Origin: a virus
Lineage: Duplodnaviria > Caudoviricetes
Length of the DNA stretch: 39,894 nucleotides
Strand: one strand, 5' to 3'
IMG/VR virus record: IMGVR_UViG_3300020045_002897
Span: 1 to 39,894 of that record
Of the stretch, positions 28,608 to 36,030 are shown piece after piece (position 1 is the stretch's first letter; each line of letters opens with the position of its first letter). A program made the position numbers and the translations under genes. The notes under the pieces are model-generated. The model worked only from the letters and a program-made list of their open reading frames with translations, was not told where the DNA came from and searched no databases.

Positions 28608-28935
28608 AGCAGTTAAGTTCCATTTCTAGTTGGTGGCGGATAACGCCTTCCGGCGGATTGAGATACTGGTAGAAAAAGGGGAAGCCTCCCGGAATAGAAT
28701 GGGCGAAGCAACCTCGCCACACCCCGCCGACGGGTGAGCAATCCTTGCACAGGCCTCCCCAAGTTGTGTACGGCTGCTTGCGACCGAGGACGGTGATCAC
28801 GCGCTTGCCATACACACGCCCGCAGGCTTCGCAGAAGAACGACCGAGAATAACCGGCGAAAATATCGGGCGCAATGGCCAGATGTTCAAAGCCGAGGTAG
28901 TCGTCTTCGTGGAAGTAGAGGGCGGTTATGCTCAT
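28498..28935 (-). CDS. Zinc-finger protein
   Basis: FFCEACGRVY...LCKDC; coupled to the upstream stop (ATGA); 3' end overlaps the ATPase gene by 110 nt. Confidence 0.7.
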   Translation of the reverse strand: MSITALYFHEDDYLGFEHLAIAPDIFAGYSRSFFCEACGRVYGKRVITVLGRKQPYTTWGGLCKDCSPVGGVWRGCFAHSIPGGFPFFYQYLNPPEGVIRHQLEMELNCYAQSNQAIPTLHPSRSQCLTNGTIGHRQDSLHRHIG

Positions 28936-29903
28936 GACTCGAGGTATACCCGCGCCGCTTCAATATCGTCCTTGCGGCTTTCGAGGTAAGGCTCCCACTC
29001 AATCTCCTTCTTCGCCAGAGGGTCCCAGACCCGCCGTTCATAGTAGGTGTTAAGCCACTGTTCGGGGTTGGGAGACTTGCAGACTTGAAGCAGCGCACAG
29101 CCGCCATATTCCGCGCAGGAGTGGTCGAGGTTGTAGTCCCAATAGCCGGACTTCCAAGCATACATCATACGCTCGATATCGCGGCAGGTTTGCTCTAGCC
29201 AACGTTCAATCTCATAGTCACTTCGATAAGTGAGAACTTCGAGAGTGTCGTATTTTGTTTTAAGAATGCTGACACCTCGGACGATAACTCCGCTAGGATT
29301 AAATCCAAACTCTCTTGCTGCCCAGCAGTAACCTGTAAATTGGCTACGCATTTCCCACTGTCTGCCCCAAGAAGCTCCAAGTTGAGAGGTGGTCTTTTCG
29401 TCATAGATATATACTCCTCCAGCATATTCTGCAATCATGTCGCTCCGACCTGTGTATAAGATCGGGTCGCCGGTTATTGGGTGAGGGATTGGAAGAGGTT
29501 GCGCAAATGAAAACTCAATTCCCGAGCGTCCGTCTGGGAATTTGAGGGGGATTGCGCTGTCCGTTCCCAAGGGATAAGATTGGAAATAAAACTCGAGAGC
29601 ACCAGCTGTGCGTTCAAGCGATTTTGCTGACTCAGGAGGACATTCGAAACTCCCATATGACTGGATAAGCGCTGCAAGTCCAGCACCAACAGCATCATCC
29701 GCAGACAATCCTTGTTCATAAAAAGCTCGGCGCGCGAACTCAATACCTTCTGCAAATGCCTTTCCAGCCACAAGATGGACTGACTCGCCGAGGGGTTTGA
29801 AGTGTTGGAAGTAGGTCCGAAAAGCTTTTTGCGGACATGATCGGAAAGCGGCCAAGGTGGTGCTATCGATGGCTGCGGGGAAGGGGATGATTTCTCTGGG
29901 CAT
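28932..29903 (-). CDS. Cas4-like PD-(D/E)XK exonuclease
   Basis: FRSCPQK, GRSDM...DEKT, QFTGY and C-terminal C.EYGGC.LLQVC (four-Cys Fe-S arrangement); GGAG RBS. Confidence 0.85.
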   Translation of the reverse strand: MPREIIPFPAAIDSTTLAAFRSCPQKAFRTYFQHFKPLGESVHLVAGKAFAEGIEFARRAFYEQGLSADDAVGAGLAALIQSYGSFECPPESAKSLERTAGALEFYFQSYPLGTDSAIPLKFPDGRSGIEFSFAQPLPIPHPITGDPILYTGRSDMIAEYAGGVYIYDEKTTSQLGASWGRQWEMRSQFTGYCWAAREFGFNPSGVIVRGVSILKTKYDTLEVLTYRSDYEIERWLEQTCRDIERMMYAWKSGYWDYNLDHSCAEYGGCALLQVCKSPNPEQWLNTYYERRVWDPLAKKEIEWEPYLESRKDDIEAARVYLES

Positions 29904-30015
29904 GGGGTTTCTCCGTTTTCGAGTTTAGTTAATAGGCTGTAGAGGTATGTGCGGTCAGATTGCTTAGTCAGGTCGAGAAAACGATCATCGTAATAATCCA
30001 GTTCGATATGACACT

Positions 30016-30213
30016 TCACAGCCCCAACTCCGACAGCAGGTCGTTAGCATCGACCTTTGGCTTGGCTGTTCTGCTTTTCGCCGGTGGCATGGCTTGCCTT
30101 TCCTGCCGAAGGAATATAATCGCCTCCTTCATCTCTGGCAGAGATAGAGTCCCGTCGCGGGCCTTGGCTCGCCACTCGGCAACCTTTTGTTGCATTTCAA
30201 GGGATACGGTCAT
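30016..30213 (-). CDS. Small helical protein, first gene of the replication operon
   Basis: 65 aa directly downstream of the promoter at 30272; ends KPKVDANDLLSELGL. Confidence 0.8.
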   Translation of the reverse strand: MTVSLEMQQKVAEWRAKARDGTLSLPEMKEAIIFLRQERQAMPPAKSRTAKPKVDANDLLSELGL

Positions 30214-30231
30214 GGGTTGGTTTCCAATGGG

Positions 30232-30272
30232 CTAGGGGTTAGCTGTATATAATCGCTAGACGATTGTGTCAA
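30232..30272 (-). promoter_or_regulatory. Sigma70-like promoter of the replication operon, overlapped by operator copy 3
   Basis: - strand TTGACA (30272-67), 17 nt, TATACA (30249-44). CTAGGGGTTA-N8-TAATCGCTAG at 30232-30259. Confidence 0.8.
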
Positions 30273-30286
30273 ATGGAATTTGAAGA

Positions 30287-31630
30287 TTAGGTAATCCATA
30301 ATTCTTCCCTTTGACGGGTGCAGGCGACGTAGAGGGAGCGGAACGCCTCTGCCTTGTTGCGGTTGAGCATTATGTCCTCGAGGTCGACGAAGGTTTTGAG
30401 GTAGGACGAACCTTGGGAACGATGGGAGGTTATCGCGTAGGAATGACGGATTTCCGCGAAAGCTTCCTTTAACTCCCAGAACTCCTTCCACTTGTGGCGT
30501 TTGCCGCCTTTGGCTTCCATGGATAGTTCGTTTAGGCGATTGGATAAGTGGAACTGACCGGAGGCTGTCAGGGTGCGAAGGGTTATCTTGTGGTCACGTT
30601 CATCTAGGGCAAGGATGTTGTATATATCGAACTCGGTGTAGTTGGGGTGCTTGCCTTCGACGATTTCGAGGATTTCCGCCGTCTCATCGGTCTGGAGGAG
30701 GATGTTATCGTCGAGGTCAGTCACGCGGGAAGTCGCCACGATCTTATCCGTCGGTAGCCAGTGCGCGGACTTGGCTGCTTCCCTGCCGAAGATTAACCGC
30801 CGGACATAAGCGTTGTATTCATCGACCTTGATATTCCGCCAGCTTATGATCTTGGCTTGGTCGGATTTGAAGAGCTCGATGTTGGCCTCGATCTGGTCGA
30901 GCCATTCGGCCTTTGGCACTCTAAACACTGGCGCGTCAGTGACGATCTTGACAGAGGGGAATGGGGAGTCCACGACATTCCGGATGGAAGTCGCAAGGTC
31001 AAGCATCGAATTGCCATAGCGTAGGACCTTTGTTAGAGTGTAGCCGTTTTCAATCTTCCAAACAGGGGATGAAATTTCCCCAACCGGAGGCAGCTGCGCA
31101 GGGTCGCCCATGAAGATGAAGGGGACCTTCCAAACATCGAAAGCGTCGTGGATAGCGTCCATCAAGAACCGATTAACCATCGAGGCCTCGTCGACGATTA
31201 TAACCTTGTATTGGGATAGGTTCACGGGTTCTTCGGGTTTTGCGAGTTCTTTTACTTCGCCGTTGGTTTGAAGGGATAAGCCGAGCAGGGAGTAAATAGT
31301 CTTGGTAACGCAGGCTTCGAGCCCAGCCTCGTCGAGATAGTTTCGTAAAACTTTGACTGCTTTATTGGTGGGGGCGGTAAAGCAGATTTCGCTAGGTCGA
31401 AAGGTTCCGGCATTTACGAGTTCCTGTATGCAGAAGGTCTTACCGGTTCCGGCATAGCCTTTTAGGAGGAAGAAGGGTTGGTTGGTGTTGGTGAACTTAG
31501 GACCGGAGTGAATTATTCCCTCAGCTGGCTTGACGTAACCGGCGGAAAGCCAGCTAGTCATGAGGTCCAGAGCTTCCTGTTGGTCAGGGGTGGGGGAGAA
31601 TTTGGGCTTGTCGATTAGATTGGTGATCAT
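30287..31630 (-). CDS. SF1B (Dda/RecD/Pif1-like) DNA helicase
   Basis: GYAGTGKT, APTNKA, IVDEASM, GDPAQLPPV, YAITSHRSQGS and YVACTR motifs. Confidence 0.93.
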   Translation of the reverse strand: MITNLIDKPKFSPTPDQQEALDLMTSWLSAGYVKPAEGIIHSGPKFTNTNQPFFLLKGYAGTGKTFCIQELVNAGTFRPSEICFTAPTNKAVKVLRNYLDEAGLEACVTKTIYSLLGLSLQTNGEVKELAKPEEPVNLSQYKVIIVDEASMVNRFLMDAIHDAFDVWKVPFIFMGDPAQLPPVGEISSPVWKIENGYTLTKVLRYGNSMLDLATSIRNVVDSPFPSVKIVTDAPVFRVPKAEWLDQIEANIELFKSDQAKIISWRNIKVDEYNAYVRRLIFGREAAKSAHWLPTDKIVATSRVTDLDDNILLQTDETAEILEIVEGKHPNYTEFDIYNILALDERDHKITLRTLTASGQFHLSNRLNELSMEAKGGKRHKWKEFWELKEAFAEIRHSYAITSHRSQGSSYLKTFVDLEDIMLNRNKAEAFRSLYVACTRQREELWIT

Positions 31631-31710
31631 TATGGTTCCTTCTCAGGATTGTGGCTTATCGCCGGTTGGTAAAGGTTGAACGAGTGCTACTGTCACTCAA
31701 CATTTTTCTC

Positions 31711-31953
31711 TCATTCTATGTTATTGAGGAGAGCGCGAAATTTAGTTCTCATGCCGTCGCTCAAATCAAGACTGGTTGAGGCCCCGAATATAAGGCATCC
31801 GATCACATCACCTTGCCACACAACATCGCAATTCGTGGTGTCGCCAAGCAGCATTCCGCGCTGATCTGCAATGAAAACATTAGTGGCGCTTTGGCTATCA
31901 AGTGCGAGTGACTTGCGAGCTAAAAATCGCGCGAGCTTTGCTTTCAGTTCCAT
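31711..31953 (-). CDS. Hypothetical protein
   Basis: AGGAG/AGGA upstream of the ATG; co-oriented with neighbours. Confidence 0.6.
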   Translation of the reverse strand: MELKAKLARFLARKSLALDSQSATNVFIADQRGMLLGDTTNCDVVWQGDVIGCLIFGASTSLDLSDGMRTKFRALLNNIE

Positions 31954-32025
31954 TCCTATTACTCCTACTATACTAGACCTAACACACCATCGCGTCCATG
32001 ATTATGCTGTGTGCGCTTCCACCCA

Positions 32026-32331
32026 TCAGCTAGTCCTTTCAGGGAGTGCGGCAACCGCTGCGTGGCAGTCCAGAACGGCCTTGTCGTATGCTTCCCATAC
32101 CGCGCCCTTGCGTTCGAAGTTGCCAGCGTTACGCGCCCGAACGTCTATGATCGCACTCGTCGCATGGGCGATAACGGCTGCGATGCACCTGCGGCCAAGC
32201 GAATCTGCGGAGTCCAGACATTCATCAAACCCGCCATTCCGGACGCGCTCAGGGTCGGGCCAGCCTTCATGTTCGTGGTTGAATTGGAGAACAGTGTCGC
32301 GCACAGCCTCAATCAGTTTCGTGTCGGTCAT
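32026..32331 (-). CDS. Hypothetical protein
   Basis: ATG 32331 (MTDTKL) overlaps the upstream stop (ATGA); AGGA RBS. Confidence 0.7.
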   Translation of the reverse strand: MTDTKLIEAVRDTVLQFNHEHEGWPDPERVRNGGFDECLDSADSLGRRCIAAVIAHATSAIIDVRARNAGNFERKGAVWEAYDKAVLDCHAAVAALPERTS

Positions 32332-32522
32332 GCCGCTTGTTCCTGCGATGGGTGCCATCCCTCAAGTGATTTTGGGTGTGCAAGGTGAAATGGATGCTGG
32401 CCATTGAATAGGTGTGGCCTGTCCTGAAACGGCGGTGAGCAGTTTCTTGCGCCTTTGTCGAAGCGTTTTTCTGCCTCACTTTTCCAGCGTCCGCACCAAG
32501 TGCATAGGATGTCTGCGGTCAT
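32328..32522 (-). CDS. Small Cys/His-containing hypothetical protein
   Basis: CTWC...C...H pattern; AAGGAG RBS. Confidence 0.7.
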   Translation of the reverse strand: MTADILCTWCGRWKSEAEKRFDKGARNCSPPFQDRPHLFNGQHPFHLAHPKSLEGWHPSQEQAA

Positions 32523-32523
32523 G

Positions 32524-32790
32524 CTATTGCTCCTTTGCTGCGCGGATGGCTTGGGCGATGGCTTCCGTCCTGTCGTATGGGGAGCAGGGCAAGTCGAACG
32601 CTGGTGTTACGTTAAACCCTTCAGCAATCACAGCCGCCTGTTCCAGACCCTCTCGGCGGGCTTGTTCGGCATGGCGGGAGAAGGTAGTGGCAAGAGCCAA
32701 CCGAACGCCTTGGCAGTTGGGGTATAGATACCGTGTTGAGAAATTCGTGGCTGCATCCATGTCAGCCTGTGCAGGCGTTACCTCGGTCAT
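32524..32790 (-). CDS. Hypothetical protein
   Basis: EVTPAQAD, ARREGLEQAAVIAE...IAQAIRA, typical of small phage early-region ORFs; ATGA coupling. Confidence 0.75.
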   Translation of the reverse strand: MTEVTPAQADMDAATNFSTRYLYPNCQGVRLALATTFSRHAEQARREGLEQAAVIAEGFNVTPAFDLPCSPYDRTEAIAQAIRAAKEQ

Positions 32791-32972
32791 GTCAGCACCT
32801 CATAAATTGCAGCGATCACGCCAATGGCAAAGACATAAGTTCCGACTAGTGCGATAAAGTAAGAGCCGTCATTATGGTCGCTGCGTGTCCCGCCTGCGCT
32901 TGTGTTCATGCCTATGGCGAAAGCGCATAGCAAAACCAGAGCGCCGCATATGATTAGAGCGATGGAGGTCAT
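32787..32972 (-). CDS. Small two-TM membrane protein
   Basis: Two hydrophobic helices; AAGGA RBS; ATGA coupling on both sides. Confidence 0.7.
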   Translation of the reverse strand: MTSIALIICGALVLLCAFAIGMNTSAGGTRSDHNDGSYFIALVGTYVFAIGVIAAIYEVLT

Positions 32973-33739
32973 GTCGGTTCCTTTGTAAAAGGTGCGAGGG
33001 CGGCGTTCAGATTATCTCGGATAATTGGGCAGTTATGCTGCGCCGTTTCCAGTATTGCTGGTATTGGTATTGCCCCGATCCGCTGCATGACATTGACCAT
33101 ATCGAGAAAGGCTTGCACTGCTTGATTGGCATCCTGCGCAGCCTTCACCAGCCCCTCAACGTCAGCAGGGGATACCGTATTGCTGGCATCGGGCTTCCCC
33201 TGTGTGAGTGCCGTGCGGATAGAGGCAACAACTTCCGTATAGAAAGGGTCATTGCTGTGTTTCCGGCGAGCAACCGGAGTGTCTAAAAATCCAGAGGCAT
33301 TAGTTAAAGCCTCCCGCATTGCATCGCTTGGGGGCTGTCGGAGTGCAACTATGCGCTCAGCTTCTTCACTGAACCGGCTATCAGTTAAGTGCCTGTTGAG
33401 GCGAGTTGACGCCCTTCCGGCCCCGTAGAATGTTCGCAAGGCATCAGCGATTTCCTTAGCCAGTTCACTATGCTGGCTCGCTGCGTGATAAGCATCTTCC
33501 TCGGCGGTCATCGCTTTCAGGTCATGCAGACCAGCTTCAAAGCCACGAGCGTATTCAAGGCTCGGTGCGGGGGTGGTGCGGGATGGCTCGTGCTCTGCAA
33601 TCTGCTCAATCCATTCAGCCATAGTGTAGGCAATACCGTCACCCGCAACCTTGTTAGCCATGGTGATAAAACTGGCAAACTTGGCCTTGAGGTTGTGCAG
33701 AGTTATCTCCGCCTGCGGCTCAATCGGTGTGGTGGTCAT
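32969..33739 (-). CDS. Hypothetical mosaic helical protein
   Basis: Start reassigned to ATG 33739 (MTTTPIE) with AAGGA RBS. Confidence 0.7.
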   Translation of the reverse strand: MTTTPIEPQAEITLHNLKAKFASFITMANKVAGDGIAYTMAEWIEQIAEHEPSRTTPAPSLEYARGFEAGLHDLKAMTAEEDAYHAASQHSELAKEIADALRTFYGAGRASTRLNRHLTDSRFSEEAERIVALRQPPSDAMREALTNASGFLDTPVARRKHSNDPFYTEVVASIRTALTQGKPDASNTVSPADVEGLVKAAQDANQAVQAFLDMVNVMQRIGAIPIPAILETAQHNCPIIRDNLNAALAPFTKEPT

Positions 33740-33887
33740 GTGGTTTCCTTGCTGAAAGTGGCTTGCCGTGGAAGCCTTGCCAAAATGCACGTTTGATAGC
33801 GCGCCAGTCGGCGAGCATCCCGCGCAGTTCTGCTCGGTCTGCTTCCTCGCTTGCATCCTTTAATCGCTGGATTAGTGCGTCAGTCAT
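33720..33887 (-). CDS. 55-aa hypothetical protein (not in the ORF track)
   Basis: GAGGA RBS; MTDALIQRLKDASEEADRAELRGMLADWRAIKRAFWQGFHGKPLSARKPHDHHTD*; fills the gap between neighbours. Confidence 0.6.
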   Translation of the reverse strand: MTDALIQRLKDASEEADRAELRGMLADWRAIKRAFWQGFHGKPLSARKPHDHHTD

Positions 33888-34071
33888 TTGGTTGGTCCTC
33901 TAAAAAGCGCAGGTGAGGCGGCGTAAAATTCCAGATTGCTTGTTTGACAGACCGAGGCAGGACAGCATTGATCCCAGCCATATAGCCCGCGATCCACTGG
34001 TGAGCGCTTAGAAGTTCCGCCAGTTGTGCATCGGTGAATGACGTCCGTACAGGCTCGTATTGTTCAGTCAT
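33880..34071 (-). CDS. Hypothetical protein
   Basis: ATG 34071 (MTEQYE) with GGAG RBS and ATGA coupling. Confidence 0.65.
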   Translation of the reverse strand: MTEQYEPVRTSFTDAQLAELLSAHQWIAGYMAGINAVLPRSVKQAIWNFTPPHLRFLEDQPND

Positions 34072-34256
34072 GTGGTTTCTCCCTGCGGGTGGCCTGTGTC
34101 GGAGTCCGCCAAGACGCACTCCACCCATACAAGCTCTACTCCAAGTCCGGCTAGTATCTTGGTGTAATCAGAATTGGTTTTACCGTTCAAGGTGAGTGAG
34201 AAGTCTTCGCCTTCAATCTTGCAAAGTCTTCTATCGGTTGATAATGTTAGTTTCAT
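34068..34256 (-). CDS. Hypothetical protein
   Basis: AGGAG RBS, ATGA coupling. Confidence 0.65.
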   Translation of the reverse strand: MKLTLSTDRRLCKIEGEDFSLTLNGKTNSDYTKILAGLGVELVWVECVLADSDTGHPQGETT

Positions 34257-34537
34257 GAGAGTCTCCTGTTTTTAAGTTCGAGGTATTGGGCTTGGCTCAA
34301 CGACGCGGTGAGTGTCCCGCGCCAGTCTTGCTTGTATCTACCCCCGACGGTCATGGGCTTGATAGGCTCGTGACTGTTGGAAGGTAGATTGGCCTTCGCA
34401 GCTGCCATTGTCTGGTAGGTTTGAAGGATACGTATCCCACGGCATAGAGCGAAGCGCGTGGCTTGATGTGGCGGGCACTCAGTCCATTTGCGACCTCGTC
34501 CGACTTGACGTTGCGGGATGATCTTAGTCGTCCGCAT
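34253..34537 (-). CDS. Basic hypothetical protein
   Basis: GGAG RBS; tiles with neighbours. Confidence 0.65.
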   Translation of the reverse strand: MRTTKIIPQRQVGRGRKWTECPPHQATRFALCRGIRILQTYQTMAAAKANLPSNSHEPIKPMTVGGRYKQDWRGTLTASLSQAQYLELKNRRLS

Positions 34538-34766
34538 GGGTTAGCTCCGATGCGGATTGAGCGATGCGGGTGATGGTGTAAGTGATGTTGTCGCTATCGA
34601 TCTCGTCTTCAACGTCAAGTTGCTGGTGAACCTCTAAGCCGTAGATGCGAGAGATTAGTTTTTCGCCAGTATATTCTTCCATGATATTAGCAATCAACCA
34701 CCCCTCACCGGTAGCTTCCATCGCCACTCGGCCATTGACATTTATCTGTAAGCTATGTGTGAACAT
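34524..34766 (-). CDS. Acidic hypothetical protein
   Basis: 80 aa, AAAGG RBS; tiles with neighbours. Confidence 0.65.
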   Translation of the reverse strand: MFTHSLQINVNGRVAMEATGEGWLIANIMEEYTGEKLISRIYGLEVHQQLDVEDEIDSDNITYTITRIAQSASELTHADD

Positions 34767-34769
34767 GGT

Positions 34770-34868
34770 CTAGCCTTTCGTTATGACATAAACAGTTATC
34801 AGCAGGAAGGTCATAAAGGCCGCTGATATGAAGCACAGTATGACGCCTTTCATCCCATCGTCTAGCAT
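34770..34868 (-). CDS. 32-aa single-pass membrane microprotein (not in the ORF track)
   Basis: GAGGTG RBS; MLDDGMKGVILCFISAAFMTFLLITVYVITKG*; fills the gap exactly. Confidence 0.6.
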   Translation of the reverse strand: MLDDGMKGVILCFISAAFMTFLLITVYVITKG

Positions 34869-35047
34869 ATCACACCTCTGACTTCCAGCCATTCGCGGAC
34901 GAGGGACTCGATGAGCCGAGCCTTTGCGCCGTGCGGGACTGCTCCCATGACTTCGGAATATAGCTCCAATTCCATCTTGGCATAGATCGAGCCAGCGATC
35001 TTGACATTCAGCTGAACCGTCGGGTCAGTTTTCTTCGGCATGGGCAT
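34862..35047 (-). CDS. Ribbon-helix-helix (Arc/CopG-like) DNA-binding protein
   Basis: MPMPKKTDPT-VQLNVKI (alternating strand)-AGSIYAKMELEL (helix)...KARLIESLVREWLE (helix); AGGA RBS. Confidence 0.65.
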   Translation of the reverse strand: MPMPKKTDPTVQLNVKIAGSIYAKMELELYSEVMGAVPHGAKARLIESLVREWLEVRGVIC

Positions 35048-35540
35048 AAAGTTCATCCTGTTCGTAGTTAGGTGAGATGGTGAAAGGAGCTTCGGTGGAG
35101 GTGAATTTGATTTCCGCTGAAGGGAAAGAGAAGCCGAAATCCTCACAACAGTCTGCGCACATATGAGTGGTGGAGTGTTGGACTATGACTTCAGTTGGAA
35201 GCTCGTCGTTCGGGCGACGGACGCGCTTCCAGCGAGTTGTCGGGTTGTGCTTGCCTGTGGATTGCTTTTCCATATGCTGTAAGAACATCTTGTGGGAAGA
35301 CCCGCAGCTGTCGCAGGTTTGTTCGACGAACAAGGCCACAGCCGCCATCGGGGTCCAAATCATGGACTCGAGTATGGCATCGACTTCGGAGAGCTTGAGC
35401 TTGTTCTCTGCTTGAGCTTCGCGCGAGATGCGGTTGTCGCGCAGCCGCGCCATTAGCTTTTTCTTTTCAGACTCTAGCTTCGGGCGGGAGACGACGGCGG
35501 AAATTTCCGCGTCGAGTTGGGCGAGAAAGTCGTCGGTCAT
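35025..35540 (-). CDS. Coiled-coil plus zinc-finger hypothetical protein
   Basis: QTCDSCG...HMCADCC; GAGGAG RBS. Confidence 0.8.
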   Translation of the reverse strand: MTDDFLAQLDAEISAVVSRPKLESEKKKLMARLRDNRISREAQAENKLKLSEVDAILESMIWTPMAAVALFVEQTCDSCGSSHKMFLQHMEKQSTGKHNPTTRWKRVRRPNDELPTEVIVQHSTTHMCADCCEDFGFSFPSAEIKFTSTEAPFTISPNYEQDELYAHAEEN

Positions 35541-35722
35541 ATTGTATACTCCTCATTCCAGACTTGGCACATGGACTCAAGAACGTCGGTTGCGTCGATG
35601 TCTTCGTTGGCATCTTCGTAGAAATGACCAACTATTTCCTCGCCAAGCATTAGAACTAAATGCGCGCCCATCTGTCCACCTTGTGCAGGTCTGACAGATA
35701 GCTTTTTGTCTGATATTCTCAT
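35537..35722 (-). CDS. Small acidic hypothetical protein
   Basis: GGGAG RBS; ATGA coupling. Confidence 0.7.
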   Translation of the reverse strand: MRISDKKLSVRPAQGGQMGAHLVLMLGEEIVGHFYEDANEDIDATDVLESMCQVWNEEYTI

Positions 35723-35922
35723 TTCAAATACTCCCTAAGTTCTGCTTTAATCCTTCTCGCGGCAAATCCGCGCCATGTCTTTGCGTTATGCAAGAAGCTG
35801 CGGATATGGAAGCGATCGGTTGGTTGTTTAATTTTGGTGAAATGCTCCGAAGCCAAAGGCGGGAGCGGCGGATTGAGTTTCACAATCTCCGCCAGCAACC
35901 TTTCTAGTCGCTCATCTGTCAT
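35719..35922 (-). CDS. Small basic hypothetical protein
   Basis: AGGAG RBS; first gene after the promoter at 36005. Confidence 0.7.
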   Translation of the reverse strand: MTDERLERLLAEIVKLNPPLPPLASEHFTKIKQPTDRFHIRSFLHNAKTWRGFAARRIKAELREYLK

Positions 35923-35966
35923 CTTGAAATCTCCTGTTTATTCAAGACTAGGTCGGAAAATCCCGC

Positions 35967-36005
35967 CTAGACGTTACGCATAGCTAACCCCTACGGGTTT
36001 GTCAA
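35967..36005 (-). promoter_or_regulatory. Sigma70-like promoter overlapped by operator copy 4
   Basis: - strand TTGACA (36005-36000), 17 nt, TATGCG (35982-77). CTAGACGTTA-N8-TAACCCCTAC at 35967-35994. Confidence 0.7.
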
Positions 36006-36030
36006 CTGCGATTGCTACCTTACAGGCAAT

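Noticed and set aside
28932-29903. CRISPR-Cas system suggested by the Cas4-like gene
   Set aside because: No repeat-spacer array or other cas genes; stand-alone Cas4-like nucleases are common in phage recombination modules.
30210-30491. 93-aa ORF overlapping the helicase 3' end
   Set aside because: Out-of-frame overlap that runs across the promoter/operator at 30232-30272; no RBS.
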